Below are positions 40,329 through 54,907 of a stretch of DNA of 64,000 nt, one piece after another. Numbering within the stretch: the stretch's first letter is position 1; each line of letters starts with the position of its first letter. The position numbers and the translations under genes are program-made. The notes under the pieces were generated by a model. It did not search any database. It worked only from the letters and a program-made list of their open reading frames with translations, and was not told the origin of the DNA. Origin of the DNA: Paramecium tetraurelia (Eukaryota); contig CT868063.1 of NCBI GenBank assembly GCA_000165425.1, forward strand, positions 310,001-374,000, given 5' to 3'.

Positions 40329-41911
40329 ATGAGATAAAATTCTGATTCATGCTTTAGTTTCTGTTCCAATAGGTGTAGTTCTTTGTGGATTAATGGATAC
40401 CCAACACTTAAGAATATCTCCTTATCAATTAGTCTTCACAATGTTTCCTTAAGAAATAGCCAGCACAAGATTATAAAGTGTTAGAATGCCATAATATAAG
40501 AAAAATATTTGGTTGTAGATGATAGACATATTAATCTTGAAAATCTATAATTAAAAAGGTATAACATAAAGAATGTAGAAGGATAGATTCCAAACATTTA
40601 ATACCTCAATATTTCTAATAATTTAGATTCTCTTGAAATATTTGGTCCAGAATTATAAATTGATTAGATCTATAATTATTTGAAATTATATACAATATAA
40701 CAAAAATTTGAAGATAATTATTAAATTATCAAACTTTTAGGGAAAGGTTCATTTGCAAAAGTCTATAAAGTGAAAAAAATTCATATAAATTTATAATCAT
40801 AAGATAAATAAGAATATACATATGCCTCAAAAATTTTTAATAAAATTAAGTTGAGATAAAATCAAGAAGAGAACGAAGTAAGCAATTAAATAATTTAATA
40901 GATGAGTTTATGGAAAGAGATTGAAATTATGAGATTGATGAAAAATAAACATATTATCAAATTGTTTGAAGTTTTTGAAGATGAAAAAAAAATATATCTT
41001 CTCTTAGATTTTCTCTAAGGTAGAGATTTACTAAATCACATATATAAAAATGATAATGTATATGATGAAACTCTTGTTCTGAAATTGATGCATAATGTTT
41101 TAAATGGCCTATCATATATACATAGTCACAATATTATTCATCGAGATATTAAACCAGAAAATTTGATACTTAAACAAAAAAATAATATTGAAGACATTAT
41201 ACTTGCTGATTTTGGTTTAGCTGATTTTTATAATCCGGATGGTGATTATTTATTCAAACGATGTGGATCCATAGGATATATAGCTCCTGAGATGTTGAAT
41301 AATGAAAAATATGATTACAAGGTCGATGTCTATTCATTAGGAACGGTTTTCTTTCTTCTATTAACTGGGTAGCAGGCTTTTGAAGGATAATCTTCTTAAG
41401 AAATTTTTACAAGAAATCAGAAAGGAAAAATCGATTTTAAATTGCTAGATCAAACCAATATCAGTTAAGCAGCTAAGGATCTTTGCATGAAGATGTTAAA
41501 ATAAAACCCAATAGAAAGAATTTCCATAGATGAAGCCTTAATTCATCCATGGTTACAAAGGAGGAAATAGAATTTATATGTTGAACCCTTTAAAATCATT
41601 AAGAAACCCACTATTGTCCGAGGACTTAAAGATATAGTAAGATGTAACACTCCTCTTTGGATAAATAAGAGTTTAAAAAGTATTACTGATTCTTCTGATA
41701 ATTAAGATTATTTGAGTAAATTTATGTATTAATTTTAGCCTTTAATGTAAGAGATTAAACAATTCAAGATTTTGTAGATGAGGAACTTTTAAGATAAAAA
41801 CGTGGATCCAACAATTACGATCTAGAAGATGACACAATAGAAGAGGACTAAATGCCCTCATATAATGTCAATAAACATTTTCCTCTAGTAAAACAAAATA
41901 GCTTTCCATGA
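40329..41911 (+). CDS. Ser/Thr protein kinase, CAMK-like, with N-terminal PH-like region
   Basis: LGKGSFAKV, IHRDIKPEN, LADFGLA, RCGSIGYIAPE, YDYKVDVYSLG; same family as 3329-6588. Confidence 0.9.
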
Positions 41912-42038
41912 AATAATTACAAATATTGTCTACTTGAGGTTGAATAATTTCTATATATAAAACATGACATATATTTCCATAAAAAATCATACTCTAAAAT
42001 TGATATTATGATATATTATAAATAATAGTTTCAAGCTA

Positions 42039-43337
42039 TCATTTATCAATTTTTTGATAATTATCTTGAATGATTTGATATTCTGGTTTATTTAGAGTTT
42101 AAGGGAGAATATTATTGAGCATTATTTTTTTTATTATATTTGGCAGTAGTAGGTTCCTTGGCACATTAGTTAAATAAATACCTTCATAAATGAATTTTCC
42201 AGAAGGGATGAGTCGAGCATAATTTTCTGAAGATTTTCCATTTAATTTTTTTAAGTGGGAACCATTAAACTTTTCTTGAATTAAACTGTGTTTAGCAATT
42301 TAGCTTTGGAAGTATAATGTTCTATCTCAATTAATTATTTTTTATCAATCTCAAACCATTTAATATCTCGAACTGATTAGGAATTTAATGCGAATTACTA
42401 TCTCATGTCATAGAATATTTTCATTTTTTTATTAATTTCAAGCATAAAAACTACTAATTCGTAGAATTATAAGGCTATTATACAATATAAGATTTACACT
42501 CTCTAACTTAAAATTATGAATAGGATTCAACCATATCTGAGATTTCATTTCTCAAGAAACCATATTCCAATAGACAGTCCTTATACACTAGGTAAGCTAC
42601 ATCTCTGATAATAAAAGAATTCTGGGTTTTGCAATTAAATAGGAATTTTAAATTTGGGATAAAAGCAAGTTTATAATTAAGCATATTTATAATTTTGAAG
42701 AGCCAAACAAATTATAATTTCCTGTTAAATGTTTCATCTTCATAGGGGTATTGATGGAATTTACAAGAATTATAGATATCCGAATTTTGAGTTACCCTTT
42801 ATATGTAATTGAAATAATTGTTGGTAAATTCAGATTCATTTTAATGAATTTGTTCATAAAATTATAATTACTATATAAATATAATAATTACATCCGATAC
42901 ATTAAGGTACATTGAATTTTAAAATTATGTAGCAATCATTTACTAATCTGACATAATCTAACATGTTTAATTTATATTTGTAGTAGCTGCTGTCTTGGTT
43001 TATATATTTTGTCTGATAGGTTTGATCTCTATTTAATTATATTATTTACTTGATTTTATTCGCAATAATAGACGACCTTGTCTATAACTTAATATTAATC
43101 ACTGCTCAAGATGATATGCAAAGCGTAGCATTTTTTGAGTTGTTCATTAATTGTTTACGGTTGATAATTTAGAACTTATTCTAGTTTTCTCAAGTCTGCG
43201 ATTAATAATTTTGCATCCCTCAATCTTACTTATGTAAATTGTGGATCAAGTATTGAGAATTCAGAAGCCTGATTCTTGGATTTCTATTGAAATTAGGATG
43301 TTGATGATTTAGAGAATATTGACTTTATAAAATTCAT
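42039..43337 (-). CDS. ANTH/ENTH-like domain protein (divergent)
   Basis: LKKCYALHIIL and AYLVYKDCLLEYGFLRNEISDMVE resemble ANTH helices; joining into one gene depends on intron choices. Confidence 0.45.
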
Positions 43338-43380
43338 TTATTAATGAAAATTGTAAAATTCAAATATATAAACACAAGGT

Positions 43381-43731
43381 TCAATGAGTAAATCCGATAG
43401 CTGTTTGTCCAGCTCTTTTGGCAGCTCTGCAAATATCATCTGCCAAAATTGTAGCCCTTCCAGAATAATTAGCATAGATCATCGAATCACGAAGAATGTT
43501 AGAGATGTACAATTTCATATACAATTTAGAGAGTTCATAGACATCTGAACTAATTCTTTTGACTCCCCCTCTTCTGGCCAGTCTTCTAATATCTCCATTA
43601 GAAATTAATCTGGATTTATTTGTATGTTGAGGAAACTTTTTATAGTCTATGTTTCGTCCTTATCCTTTGAGTTTTTAATTGTTCTGCCTGTATTTCATGG
43701 TATTAGATTTGGGTGTCACTTTTGGTGGCAT
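43381..43731 (-). CDS. Divergent histone H4 variant (116 aa)
   Basis: Intronless ORF containing IRRLARRGGVKRIS and a gap-free H4 histone fold ending KRAGQTAIGFTH. Confidence 0.92.
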
Positions 43732-43825
43732 TTGTAATAATTTGAAATTATATTTTTTTTACTGTTGATAATAAATTCATAAATGTAATAATTTATATAT
43801 ATATACAAATAATGACAATCAATAT

Positions 43826-45622
<1,797 letters not shown>

Positions 45623-46422
45623 ATTTCTATATAATAATACAAATTTATTATTATAAATTAAAACCCATACTAATTACTTTACATTTTTCACCTCTTACTT
45701 CTAAATTAAATAAAACCATAACAATTCCTCATAATATCCCACTAAATTAATTGATCAAACCAATTTTTCTATTTGATTCAAATTTCGAACTGCCATTGAA
45801 ATTTTAATTTTTCCATAACTCACATGATTCAATCATTTTAGAGTTATTGATATTCCAATTACCTTGGTTTTAATATTCTATCAAGGCAAAATATAAATTA
45901 TATATCTACTAAACGATAATTAATTAACAAATAAATGTAAAATAAAATATTATTGATAAATGTATGGTAGCCAACTCAAAAGCTGATAAATAGCTCAATT
46001 TAGAAATCATCAATCAATGTATTTGCTGGGCTTCCCTAAAATCTTTCAAAATTAATTTACATCATCAATTGAATGAATAATCTGGAAAATATACACAATT
46101 GCATTTGTGATCGCAAAAAACTATTGAAATTACGATTATTTTCTTAACAGACTCTAAATTTGTGGGTTTAGCAATAATCTATAAAAAATTCACTATATTT
46201 TTGATGATTGGGTGATTCTTAAGACGAAGCCTTTTATACCTCAAATATATAAAAATTAATATGCTCTCTTCATGAATCATTAGGGAAATAAAGCTATGGC
46301 TCAGTTCACCTAGGTTCAGATGACAACCCATAAATTTTAATAAGAATCAGAAGCAGAAATTCAAAATGAGGTAGAAATATAATTTGAATATATATATCTA
46401 GAATATGTGCAAATACTGTAAA

Positions 46423-46491
46423 TCACTTACGTGCCTTACGTCTCTTTCTCTTAAGTCTTCGCATTCTCTTCTTTCGCCACTTTTCTCTCAT
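46423..46491 (-). CDS. RPL41: Ribosomal protein eL41 (eS32), 22 aa
   Basis: MREKWRKKRMRRLKRKRRKARK-TGA matches the eL41 consensus MRxKWRKKRMRRLKRKRRK. Confidence 0.95.
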   Translation of the reverse strand: MREKWRKKRMRRLKRKRRKARK

Positions 46492-46651
46492 TATTTATTT
46501 ATTTTTAATATTAATATATTAGAAGATTTAAATTAAGTTTTAAATTGCTTTCTTAAATTAAATCATCAAATATCACTTTATAGCCAATAAAGTGATCGTT
46601 TTGATAGAATATTTTATATTAGAAATATCTCAAAATACTAATAGACAGATT

Positions 46652-47996
46652 TCATTATAAAAATACAACGTCATCATCATTAAGTTTATTGCTGCTTTCC
46701 TCCAATTAACCACTATAATCTACATATTCAGGTGCAGAATCAGATAGGAAAATAAAGAAATCATCAGATGATTGTTTTATTTATTTCATCTAAATATTAA
46801 TTAACTAAATTACATTTCTCCAAAATTGTAGTAATTCACTTTAATTTCGAATGTAAAATGATAGACCCATAGATGTATCTACATGTTTTTAGTTTAACAA
46901 GTGAATGTTTTTGCAGCTATAAGAAGTTCGGTTGAACATTTTATTTTCATTAATTTGATCCTTGTTTTCAGCTTCCTATACATAATGTGGATCCAAATAG
47001 AGGTAATGATCATTAATTTTTCCAAGTATATAGAATGCTCGTTTCGGTGTACCTCCAACAATACCTTAGAAATACGGTAGCTCCATTATTTCATCTAGAA
47101 TTTTCAAATATTTTTAATTAGGTTCATCCAAACCAATTCTAGTTAAGACAAATATCGCTAAACTGTTTTTGCCAATGAGTTAAGTCTTTTCTAATTGTTC
47201 CTCCAGATCTTTGTCAGTTTCAAATTTGGCTTCAAACATTCTATTCATCAATTAATCAAGAAAGAGACAAGAATCATTAAATACTGACAATTTCAGATTT
47301 TCAGATGCTAAATTCAAAATAATTTATAAAATTAACCTCTAATAGGTATAGTATTATGCAATAGTTCAAGGAGAAATAGAATGTAATTAGGTCTATACCA
47401 CTCTCCTGGATCCAGGTTGAATTCTTTTTTTGCTAAATAAGCAATTTTTTAAATGCTAAATGGACAAATAAAATTATGGGCTTTTTATTTATCCTTACTA
47501 TTTTAGAATTCAATGAACTCCTTATTTTCTTATGAGTCATTATCGGCAAAGGCCAATATAATGTTATCATAATCCTCATCTCTTTTATCTCCATGGTTTT
47601 TAAGATGTTTCTTTAGCATTTAAGCCATGGCCATTTATCCAACTCTAAGCATGCATCCCCATCCAGTATCTGAGATGTAGTTAGATTCTTAAATATAATT
47701 GCTGAATTTACAATATAAAGGCGGATAGTTTCTCCTATATGTAATCCAAATAGTCTCTTGAACTAACTGCTTAATTTTGTTAATGCGATCCTTCGATTAA
47801 AATAAAGTTTACTTCAATTTCAAACTAGTCAATATCAATTCGATGTCCTAATATGTATATTGGGTGATCTGAAGGAACGTTCTTGTTATTCAAATATACG
47901 CTTAGAATGTATTTCAAGTTATAACTACAGATACTTTAAATTTCCTTACATCCAATCTGTTATTACTTCTTTATAATTTTCTTATCTCTAATCCAT
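46652..47996 (-). CDS. ATG4: Autophagy cysteine protease ATG4 (peptidase C54)
   Basis: IWITYRRNYPPL, SDTGWGCMLRVGQM, GEWY, YLDPHYVQ, IDTSMG; acidic C-terminus NDDDVVFLQ. Confidence 0.93.
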
Positions 47997-48171
47997 TTAT
48001 AAAATAAAATGTAAATTAATATTACGAATCGTAATTCATTCTCTAACTTATTATGACATATTTTCAAGCTTTAATACTAATCCTGTGGGATATTTACATA
48101 GATACGAGTTTTATTGATACTCAATATGTAGTTTAGAGAATACTTAATTTATAGTTAATATTTAATTAATT

Positions 48172-48725
48172 ATGGCTAATTGGAGTTTAAAAAAGTATTT
48201 AGAATTGGCCAAGGGCTTCTAAGGACGTGCCAGAAATACTTCCAAAATAATGATGAACAGAGTATAAAAATCCTTGCAATATGCCTATGTGAGTAGAAGA
48301 CTTAGACCAAGAATTCTAAGTAAGTCTATTATCATGAATAGGACGTGAGTGGATTTAGGCCATCAATGCTGGAGTGAGGGAACACAGAATAAGTTACAGT
48401 CAATTTATTTTCGGATTAAACCATTCTAACATATAATTAGATAGAAAAATTCTAGCTAATCTTGCCATCAATGAACCATTTTCCTTTAAAACTGTTGTGG
48501 ATGAAGTCAAAATATAAAACAGCATGAAAGTAATAATACATTATGAATCAAAAGGAAAAACCTTATGATAATGTGTCACTTGACTAAGCATATGAAAAAG
48601 GCTTAATTGCTAACAATGTGACTCAAACTTGGTTTAAGAGAGGTATAAAGGAGGGACATAAATTGTATGGATTAAAATAAGAATTAACTCCAGAAGAACT
48701 CAAGAAAATAGAAAAAGGCGAATGA
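48172..48725 (+). CDS. MRPL20: Mitochondrial ribosomal protein bL20m
   Basis: LAKGFQGRARN..SLQYAYVSRR..WIQAINAGVRE..YSQFIFGL..LDRKILANLAINEPFSF; two introns. Confidence 0.92.
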
Positions 48726-48861
48726 AATATTTCATTGCACATAAAATAAGATAAAAATATTATCAAAATCATGCATTCATTAATTTCAAGAAATCTTAGT
48801 GAGCCAAAATATCTTAATCATTTCTTAAAATGACCTAATTTAACATTGGTTGTCTTGGCTT

Positions 48862-49746
48862 TCAAAAATCAGCAGCTTTAATCTAAATAATTAACTTATT
48901 CATTTACATCCTAAGCCTATTTATTTTCCATATTAATAATCAGTTTTGAGTTGGCTTTATGATAATCATAATTATATTTTTTCATCTAATCAAGTAGAGT
49001 TAATTTTGGTTTCTTGTCTAATTCATCTTTTAACCAATAATGAGTAGTTAATGAAAATTTATCTGTTTTAGAAATAGATAAAATCGAGCATCGTCCATGA
49101 GAATATGCCTTCTCTCCTAAAGAACTTGATCCTAATAATATCATATTCTGGGCTTTAACAGTTTCAAATAAAGTGATCGCCCCACATGAGTCAGATATCA
49201 AAAAGGCTTCTTAATAAAGTTACAAGAATTCCATTTCTTTTGTGATTTTTTCCATCTCAAAATCCAATAAATATGTTGTGTCCTACATTTTAGTGTATCC
49301 ATCTCCACCATGCCCATTCATAAACATCAATAGTTTTTGCTCTTTTGATAAAGTTAATCTTCTTGATTATGGAGTCTTAATTAAATGATATCACTTACAT
49401 ATCTATTATATTTATTACGCATAACATCTATCCAATATTTAATATTAACATCATTTCTCTTAAAGTCCAAATTTACATTCTTATGCAAATTTGGCTCTCT
49501 TTATCCATCATATGCACAAGCCACTCCAGGCACATTATTCTTCCTATTACAAGCTGTATCTTCAGGAATCATTAAAGAAATTTGATCATCATTTATTCTC
49601 CATTCTTTCAATTATTGATAGATCATTAGAGAATTAATAGCTTGTCTGTAATTGAACCAAAATTTTGAAGTTGACAAAATGATGTACTAGTTCTGAGGAA
49701 TTGGTCTATAACATAGTATAGCTGTGAATAAAATGAAAATTATCAT
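48862..49746 (-). CDS. GPI8: GPI-anchor transamidase catalytic subunit (peptidase C13), no C-terminal TM
   Basis: Signal peptide; STSKFWFNYRQ, ACNRKN..PG, NGHGGDGY (His), SDSCGA (Cys); first TGA at 48862-48864 but frame stays open to 48769. Confidence 0.88.
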
Positions 49747-51191
49747 TAATTATAATAAGTATTAAATTCATTATATAAAATTAGTAAATTTTGTTAAATA
49801 TATAGGTAGAATATTATTATAAATTTATGTAAATTTTTAAGAACAAATTTGATAATTTTATAATTGTATTTCAATTCACTTGATTTATCATTCTTGATTC
49901 TATAATCAATTAGTGATTTATTTCTATATTATAATTCAATTCCTTATATTTTCAAGGGTTTATGGTTACAGTAAGTTTTAAAGATTCTTCTAATATATAT
50001 GGTAATATAATTTAGAAATTCTTCATTATCCATAGAAGCAATTTAAAATGTCTAATTATCATCATTTATATTATAAAAAAGTTCAATCAATGACAAGAAA
50101 TCTTGATATAAAATATAAATTTAAGAATCTCTCTATTTAATTATAAAATTTGACTCAAAAATTCTTTTTATATTTATGTATCATAGCTTTTTTTTAAAAG
50201 TAGGAGTTTCTTAATTTTTATATTTCACAAATTTAGCTTCGAACTCTCATATAAAATCAATGATTTATCCTTAAAAGAATAAAAAGGATATACGTCTTTA
50301 TACTGATAATTTTAAAATTTCTATTACATTACCTTCTTATTCCAGCGAATTTAACTTGTAATGTAATGATATTTATATTGATTAGCGTTAAGTTTGCTCT
50401 TAATTTGATCACTCATAATCGAAGTGAGTTCTTAAGACTTGATCTCATTCAGCTATTTACTATAATATCGAATTCTATCATAAGATTAGTAAAAGTTTGA
50501 TGTTATTTTTAAATTGTATGTTTTGTTTTTATTCCATAATGAATTTAAAGTGATATCAAAAATGTTATGTCTGTTTTTAATTCGTTGTTGTTTTTAAGTG
50601 CTTTAAATTGCGATCTTTACTATTACTGTTAATTAATCCTCACAATGGCTTAAGAATAGTGGACAATAGTTGGGTCAATGTATGTGGAATATTAAACAAA
50701 AATTTGACAATCAACAACATACACTATTATGGAATTGAGGATAAAGTTTGCATTATTTTTGTGGAAGATTTTCATAGATAAATAAATTTAAAACTTATGA
50801 ATCTCACTTATATAATTTAGAGATTTGATTTTAGTATTATATTAAAAGGGTATCTGGATTCTGTTTCTTTTTTAAGCTTGAAGTGGATAATGAAAAAATC
50901 AAAAATTATTAATTCTTGGCTTTGAATTTGATAATTATAAGAATTGATTCTGTTCAATTTAGATTTTTTGAGTATGGGAATATTTGTATGTTATATTATA
51001 TATGCAATGCTTAATATGTAGTCTATATTGTTGTTTAGAATTACTAAATTTTATTAAACAAGATCGATGTAATTTATTGTAGCAGGAAATAATATTTTAA
51101 TTGAAAAATGCAAAATTAGATTGATTAGGGATTACTCTAAGAACATGAATAAAATAATGGTATTGTTGGGCTTAACTGATTAGTTGAGGGT

Positions 51192-52342
51192 ATGGAGAAT
51201 GAGTACGTTGATAAACACAAATAACCGACTTAAATATTTGAGATGGGGAAGGAATACTTTAAACAGTGCCATCAGTTATTAGCTATTTACACGGCTCTTA
51301 AATTTATTGCTGCAATTACTTTAGTATATTCTGAAACAAAAATACTAGATTACTTTGAGAGAAACTATATATGGAGATGAAATACTACAAAAGAATTACC
51401 ATGAAATCTTTAATGATGCATACTTAGTATTCTGGATGTACATTTCATGTATTGATGTAATCGAAAATTAGGTGCTCATAGTCTTTTTGCCTTCATCTAT
51501 TATATTTAACTCTTGATGAAGATCGATAATGAAGTTAAATGCACACAAGTAGTGGAAGAAATCGGGCAGATGATTGTGATAGAAATCCCTGAAGGTTACA
51601 CCAATTAAGAGAGGGAGGCCTTCATAAACGATTAAGTTCAGATCTAGAATCAAGAGATGATTTAAAGATTGGAGATCGACGGACAAATCGAGGAGTCAAG
51701 AAGAATCAGTCTCATCGCAACAGAAATTAAAGTTTGGCATCCTAATATATTAGAAAACCCTCTTATAAAATGAAAGGCCCTTGAATATTTTAGGAAAGGG
51801 ATGCTTCGTCTTATTCCAATTCATTCAATTATGGGGACTCATATTCTATTTCCACAAGAAGAGTACCACAGAATCTAACGAGGATCTCAAATTTTATTCC
51901 TTGTACAAGGGATATTTGTTTTCTGTATAATTATGTGTAAATGATAGGTTGTATTTATGGGAATATATTAATATTTAGAAATCTACATCATAACTCTATT
52001 AGTTCTAATTTTCCTCCCAATTCTTCTTTTTTATAGTCTCTACGACTGGATAAAGAATTATTGTTAGAAAAGAAGAGAGAGAAGGAGAATAGACGATTCC
52101 CTCAAAGAAAGCATGTATAGTTTATAAGAAACGGCAGAAGGTAAAGATATATTTGAAAGGTAGGAGAAAACGAATGCGCAATTTGTATGAATTAGTATGA
52201 GGAGAAAGATAAAATAGCAATACTTCCATGTTCCAACAAGCATCGGTTCCATTCAACATGCGTTAGATCTTGGTTGGAAATTAATAGCAAATGTCCTTTA
52301 TGCAGAAGTGATGTATTTACACTGCCAGATGAAATTTTCTGA
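51192..52342 (+). CDS. Multi-TM RING-H2 E3 ubiquitin ligase
   Basis: Hydrophobic segments then ECAICMNQYEEKDKIAILPCSNKHRFHSTCVRSWLEINSKCPLCR. Confidence 0.85.
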
Positions 52343-52479
52343 TTTATTTTAACAAATGTAATTCACACTTTTATAGTCATCCCGTTCAACAAGGGTTATT
52401 TACTCAGAGATAATTATTATGTTCAGTTATATATATCATTATTGATAAGAATTATTGTTATTTTAAATTAAGTTAGAGA

Positions 52480-53849
52480 ATGATAAATCTGAATGAGGAA
52501 TAGAAAATACAACAGAACAAACTAGTCAATATATTTGGGTAGCATGCAAAATAAGCAGTTATCATCTTCATTATGAATGCACTTTTAAGAGTTTAAGAAA
52601 ACGATACCTTCTTTATGTCCATTACCTTGTATTTAACCATCATAATGTTTCTATTTAATTGTGTGGCAGCAGTATTCCTGTTGTGTTTTAAGAGAGAATT
52701 TCCAAAGATTGAATACTTCCTAATATACACTATGAATGTCTTCATGTTTATAATTCTCCTTGTGTATTCACTCAATTACTTTATCCAAAAAAAGGAATAA
52801 GACCATCTGCTTCAATTGTACTTAAAAACCTACATCATGATATTGTTGGGCAAGGTATCATTGTTAACCTATATGAAAGGAAATAGAAATACTGATAATC
52901 AAAATATTCCCAATTGAATTAACGAATAGATCAGTTAATTGTTTCACTTCATGTATAATCGCTATGATGATTTTATCTCATGGAGACAATTATGAATGCC
53001 AAAACAAATACTCAATGGTTCTTTTATCACTCCTCCTTTCAAATATTCTGACATCCATATTCAATATAGTTTTCACTCTCATTCTCTTTAATCAAAATAG
53101 ATCTTAGAAGGAATTAAGAAACTTTGCTGAGTAATCCACTTTAATTTATGAATAGCTTGCTTTTGACAGTCCTATTCCTAGTACATCTTGCTTAATATGT
53201 ACTGGTCTTTATTAAAACCAATGCCATAATTGAATAAGAATGCTAGTGTTTGAGTTTTATATTTCAATTCTAGAAATATGTTGCTCCAATTAATTTCATT
53301 TCATTCTTGTTTGTGATCTATTAGGAGGTGTATTATTTCAAAGAAGCAATCAAATATCAAGAATTGATTGAAAAGAACACACAACATAACAATATGTGTA
53401 ATACTATTCAATTAATTAAATTAGACAGCGGAGGCATTTAGAATTAATAACCATTCAAATAAGGAGTTAGGCATTCCATTAAAAGTCTCAGTTCTGTTGT
53501 CAACCCAATGGAGGCTAGTCAGAGTAATTCCCAAGCTCCAAACTTTGGAACGTATGCTATTTAAGTTAATTAGAGTGATAACCAAGGATAAAAACTAGAG
53601 AAAATGGGAACTAGTCAATTTGGAGCTTCTTAACATAATTAAGGTATGTAACACTCTTGGGCTAATGTTTAAAACCCTAATCCCTTTGGTACAATTGTGA
53701 AAGAATAGCAAGACAGCATTGAAAATCAAAAAAGGGGAAGCAAATCTGTTGATGAAAGCTTAATTCGTTAAGAAGAGTCTCAGATTCCTGAAAATCTGTC
53801 TCAAGTCAATAATCCTATGGAATCTGGTAGTGTAGTTACTATTCATTGA
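52480..53849 (+). CDS. Seven-TM membrane protein with long polar C-terminal tail
   Basis: About seven hydrophobic segments across several tiny introns, followed by a Ser/Gln/Asn-rich tail ending ESGSVVTIH-TGA. Confidence 0.6.
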
Positions 53850-54155
53850 TATATAATTAAATTGAATATTTAAATCATTTCAGTCTATCAAAAAGCCTTG
53901 TTATTTTAGAATACCATAATATCATTAACTTGATTTGAGAATTGATTCGAAGAATAATTAAACTAGTATTTTTTTAAAAAAGAGGTATTTTAGAATGAAA
54001 ATCTTTGGATTCCATCAAATAAAAAATGTTATCTACAATAAAAATTATGTATATTTGAATTTTATTCTCTGAATAATATATTTACGAGAATAAATTCAAA
54101 TATATACAAAAATTTTACAAGTAAACAAATAATCTCATATTAAGTTTTATATAAT

Positions 54156-54862
54156 TCATTATTATTAAAAGATTCTTTTAACTCTTCTAACATCTCCAAG
54201 AAATATGTCTTTAGGAAATTTAGCTTTTTGTTTCTCTATGTTCTCTCTATTATATTGAAGGCCAAAAGAAAACTACATGATTTCCTTTTCATTCAAATGT
54301 TCAGATTTAACCAAAGATCTTGGTACGTCTATCGTCTGTTGCTTTAATGGCGTAAAGTTTTGTCTCCTATACGGCTGAATTTTGTAATCTAGTGATTTCT
54401 ATAAGTTCCTGATTATTAGCGAAGAATCTTCATTTTCAGAATTTAGGGCTTTCTATTCTAATTTTAGATTACTTGTTTAAACAATTTTTTTTATTCTGAG
54501 GAAGCACGATCCTTCAATCTTGGGAAATAGGCTGTGGATTAATCAACTTTTTGATTTGAATAATTGAATTCGAGATTTGATTGATCAATCTCGGTTTTAG
54601 CTCTTGATTTCGAAGCTGATCTGCCATTGATATTAGGTACATTAATCGATCTATAAATTTAATTAAACTATGTATCAATATCTTGACTATCTATAATATT
54701 TTGTAGAGTGGATATATAACTACCATGAAAAAGCAAAGAGCTTTTTTAATTGACATTTTTGTTTGAATACAATTTTAAGAGGGCCCCAAAATTAGATTCT
54801 TGGACTCTTCTTCTATTCTTATTACCTGTTAGCGTAGGACGATAATAATGATTATTATTCAT
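54156..54862 (-). CDS. Hypothetical protein
   Basis: MNNNHYYRPTLTGNKNRRV..; ends DIFLGDVRRVKRIFQQQ-TGA; frame needs one short intron (candidate 54621-54640). Confidence 0.55.
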
Positions 54863-54907
54863 AAATTTATAAAATAATGTTATCCTTACTAGAATAACAG
54901 AAATTTG

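Noticed and set aside
48769..48864. Selenocysteine interpretation of the GPI8 internal TGA
   Set aside because: The position does not correspond to the catalytic Cys and no SECIS-like hairpin was evident in the short downstream region
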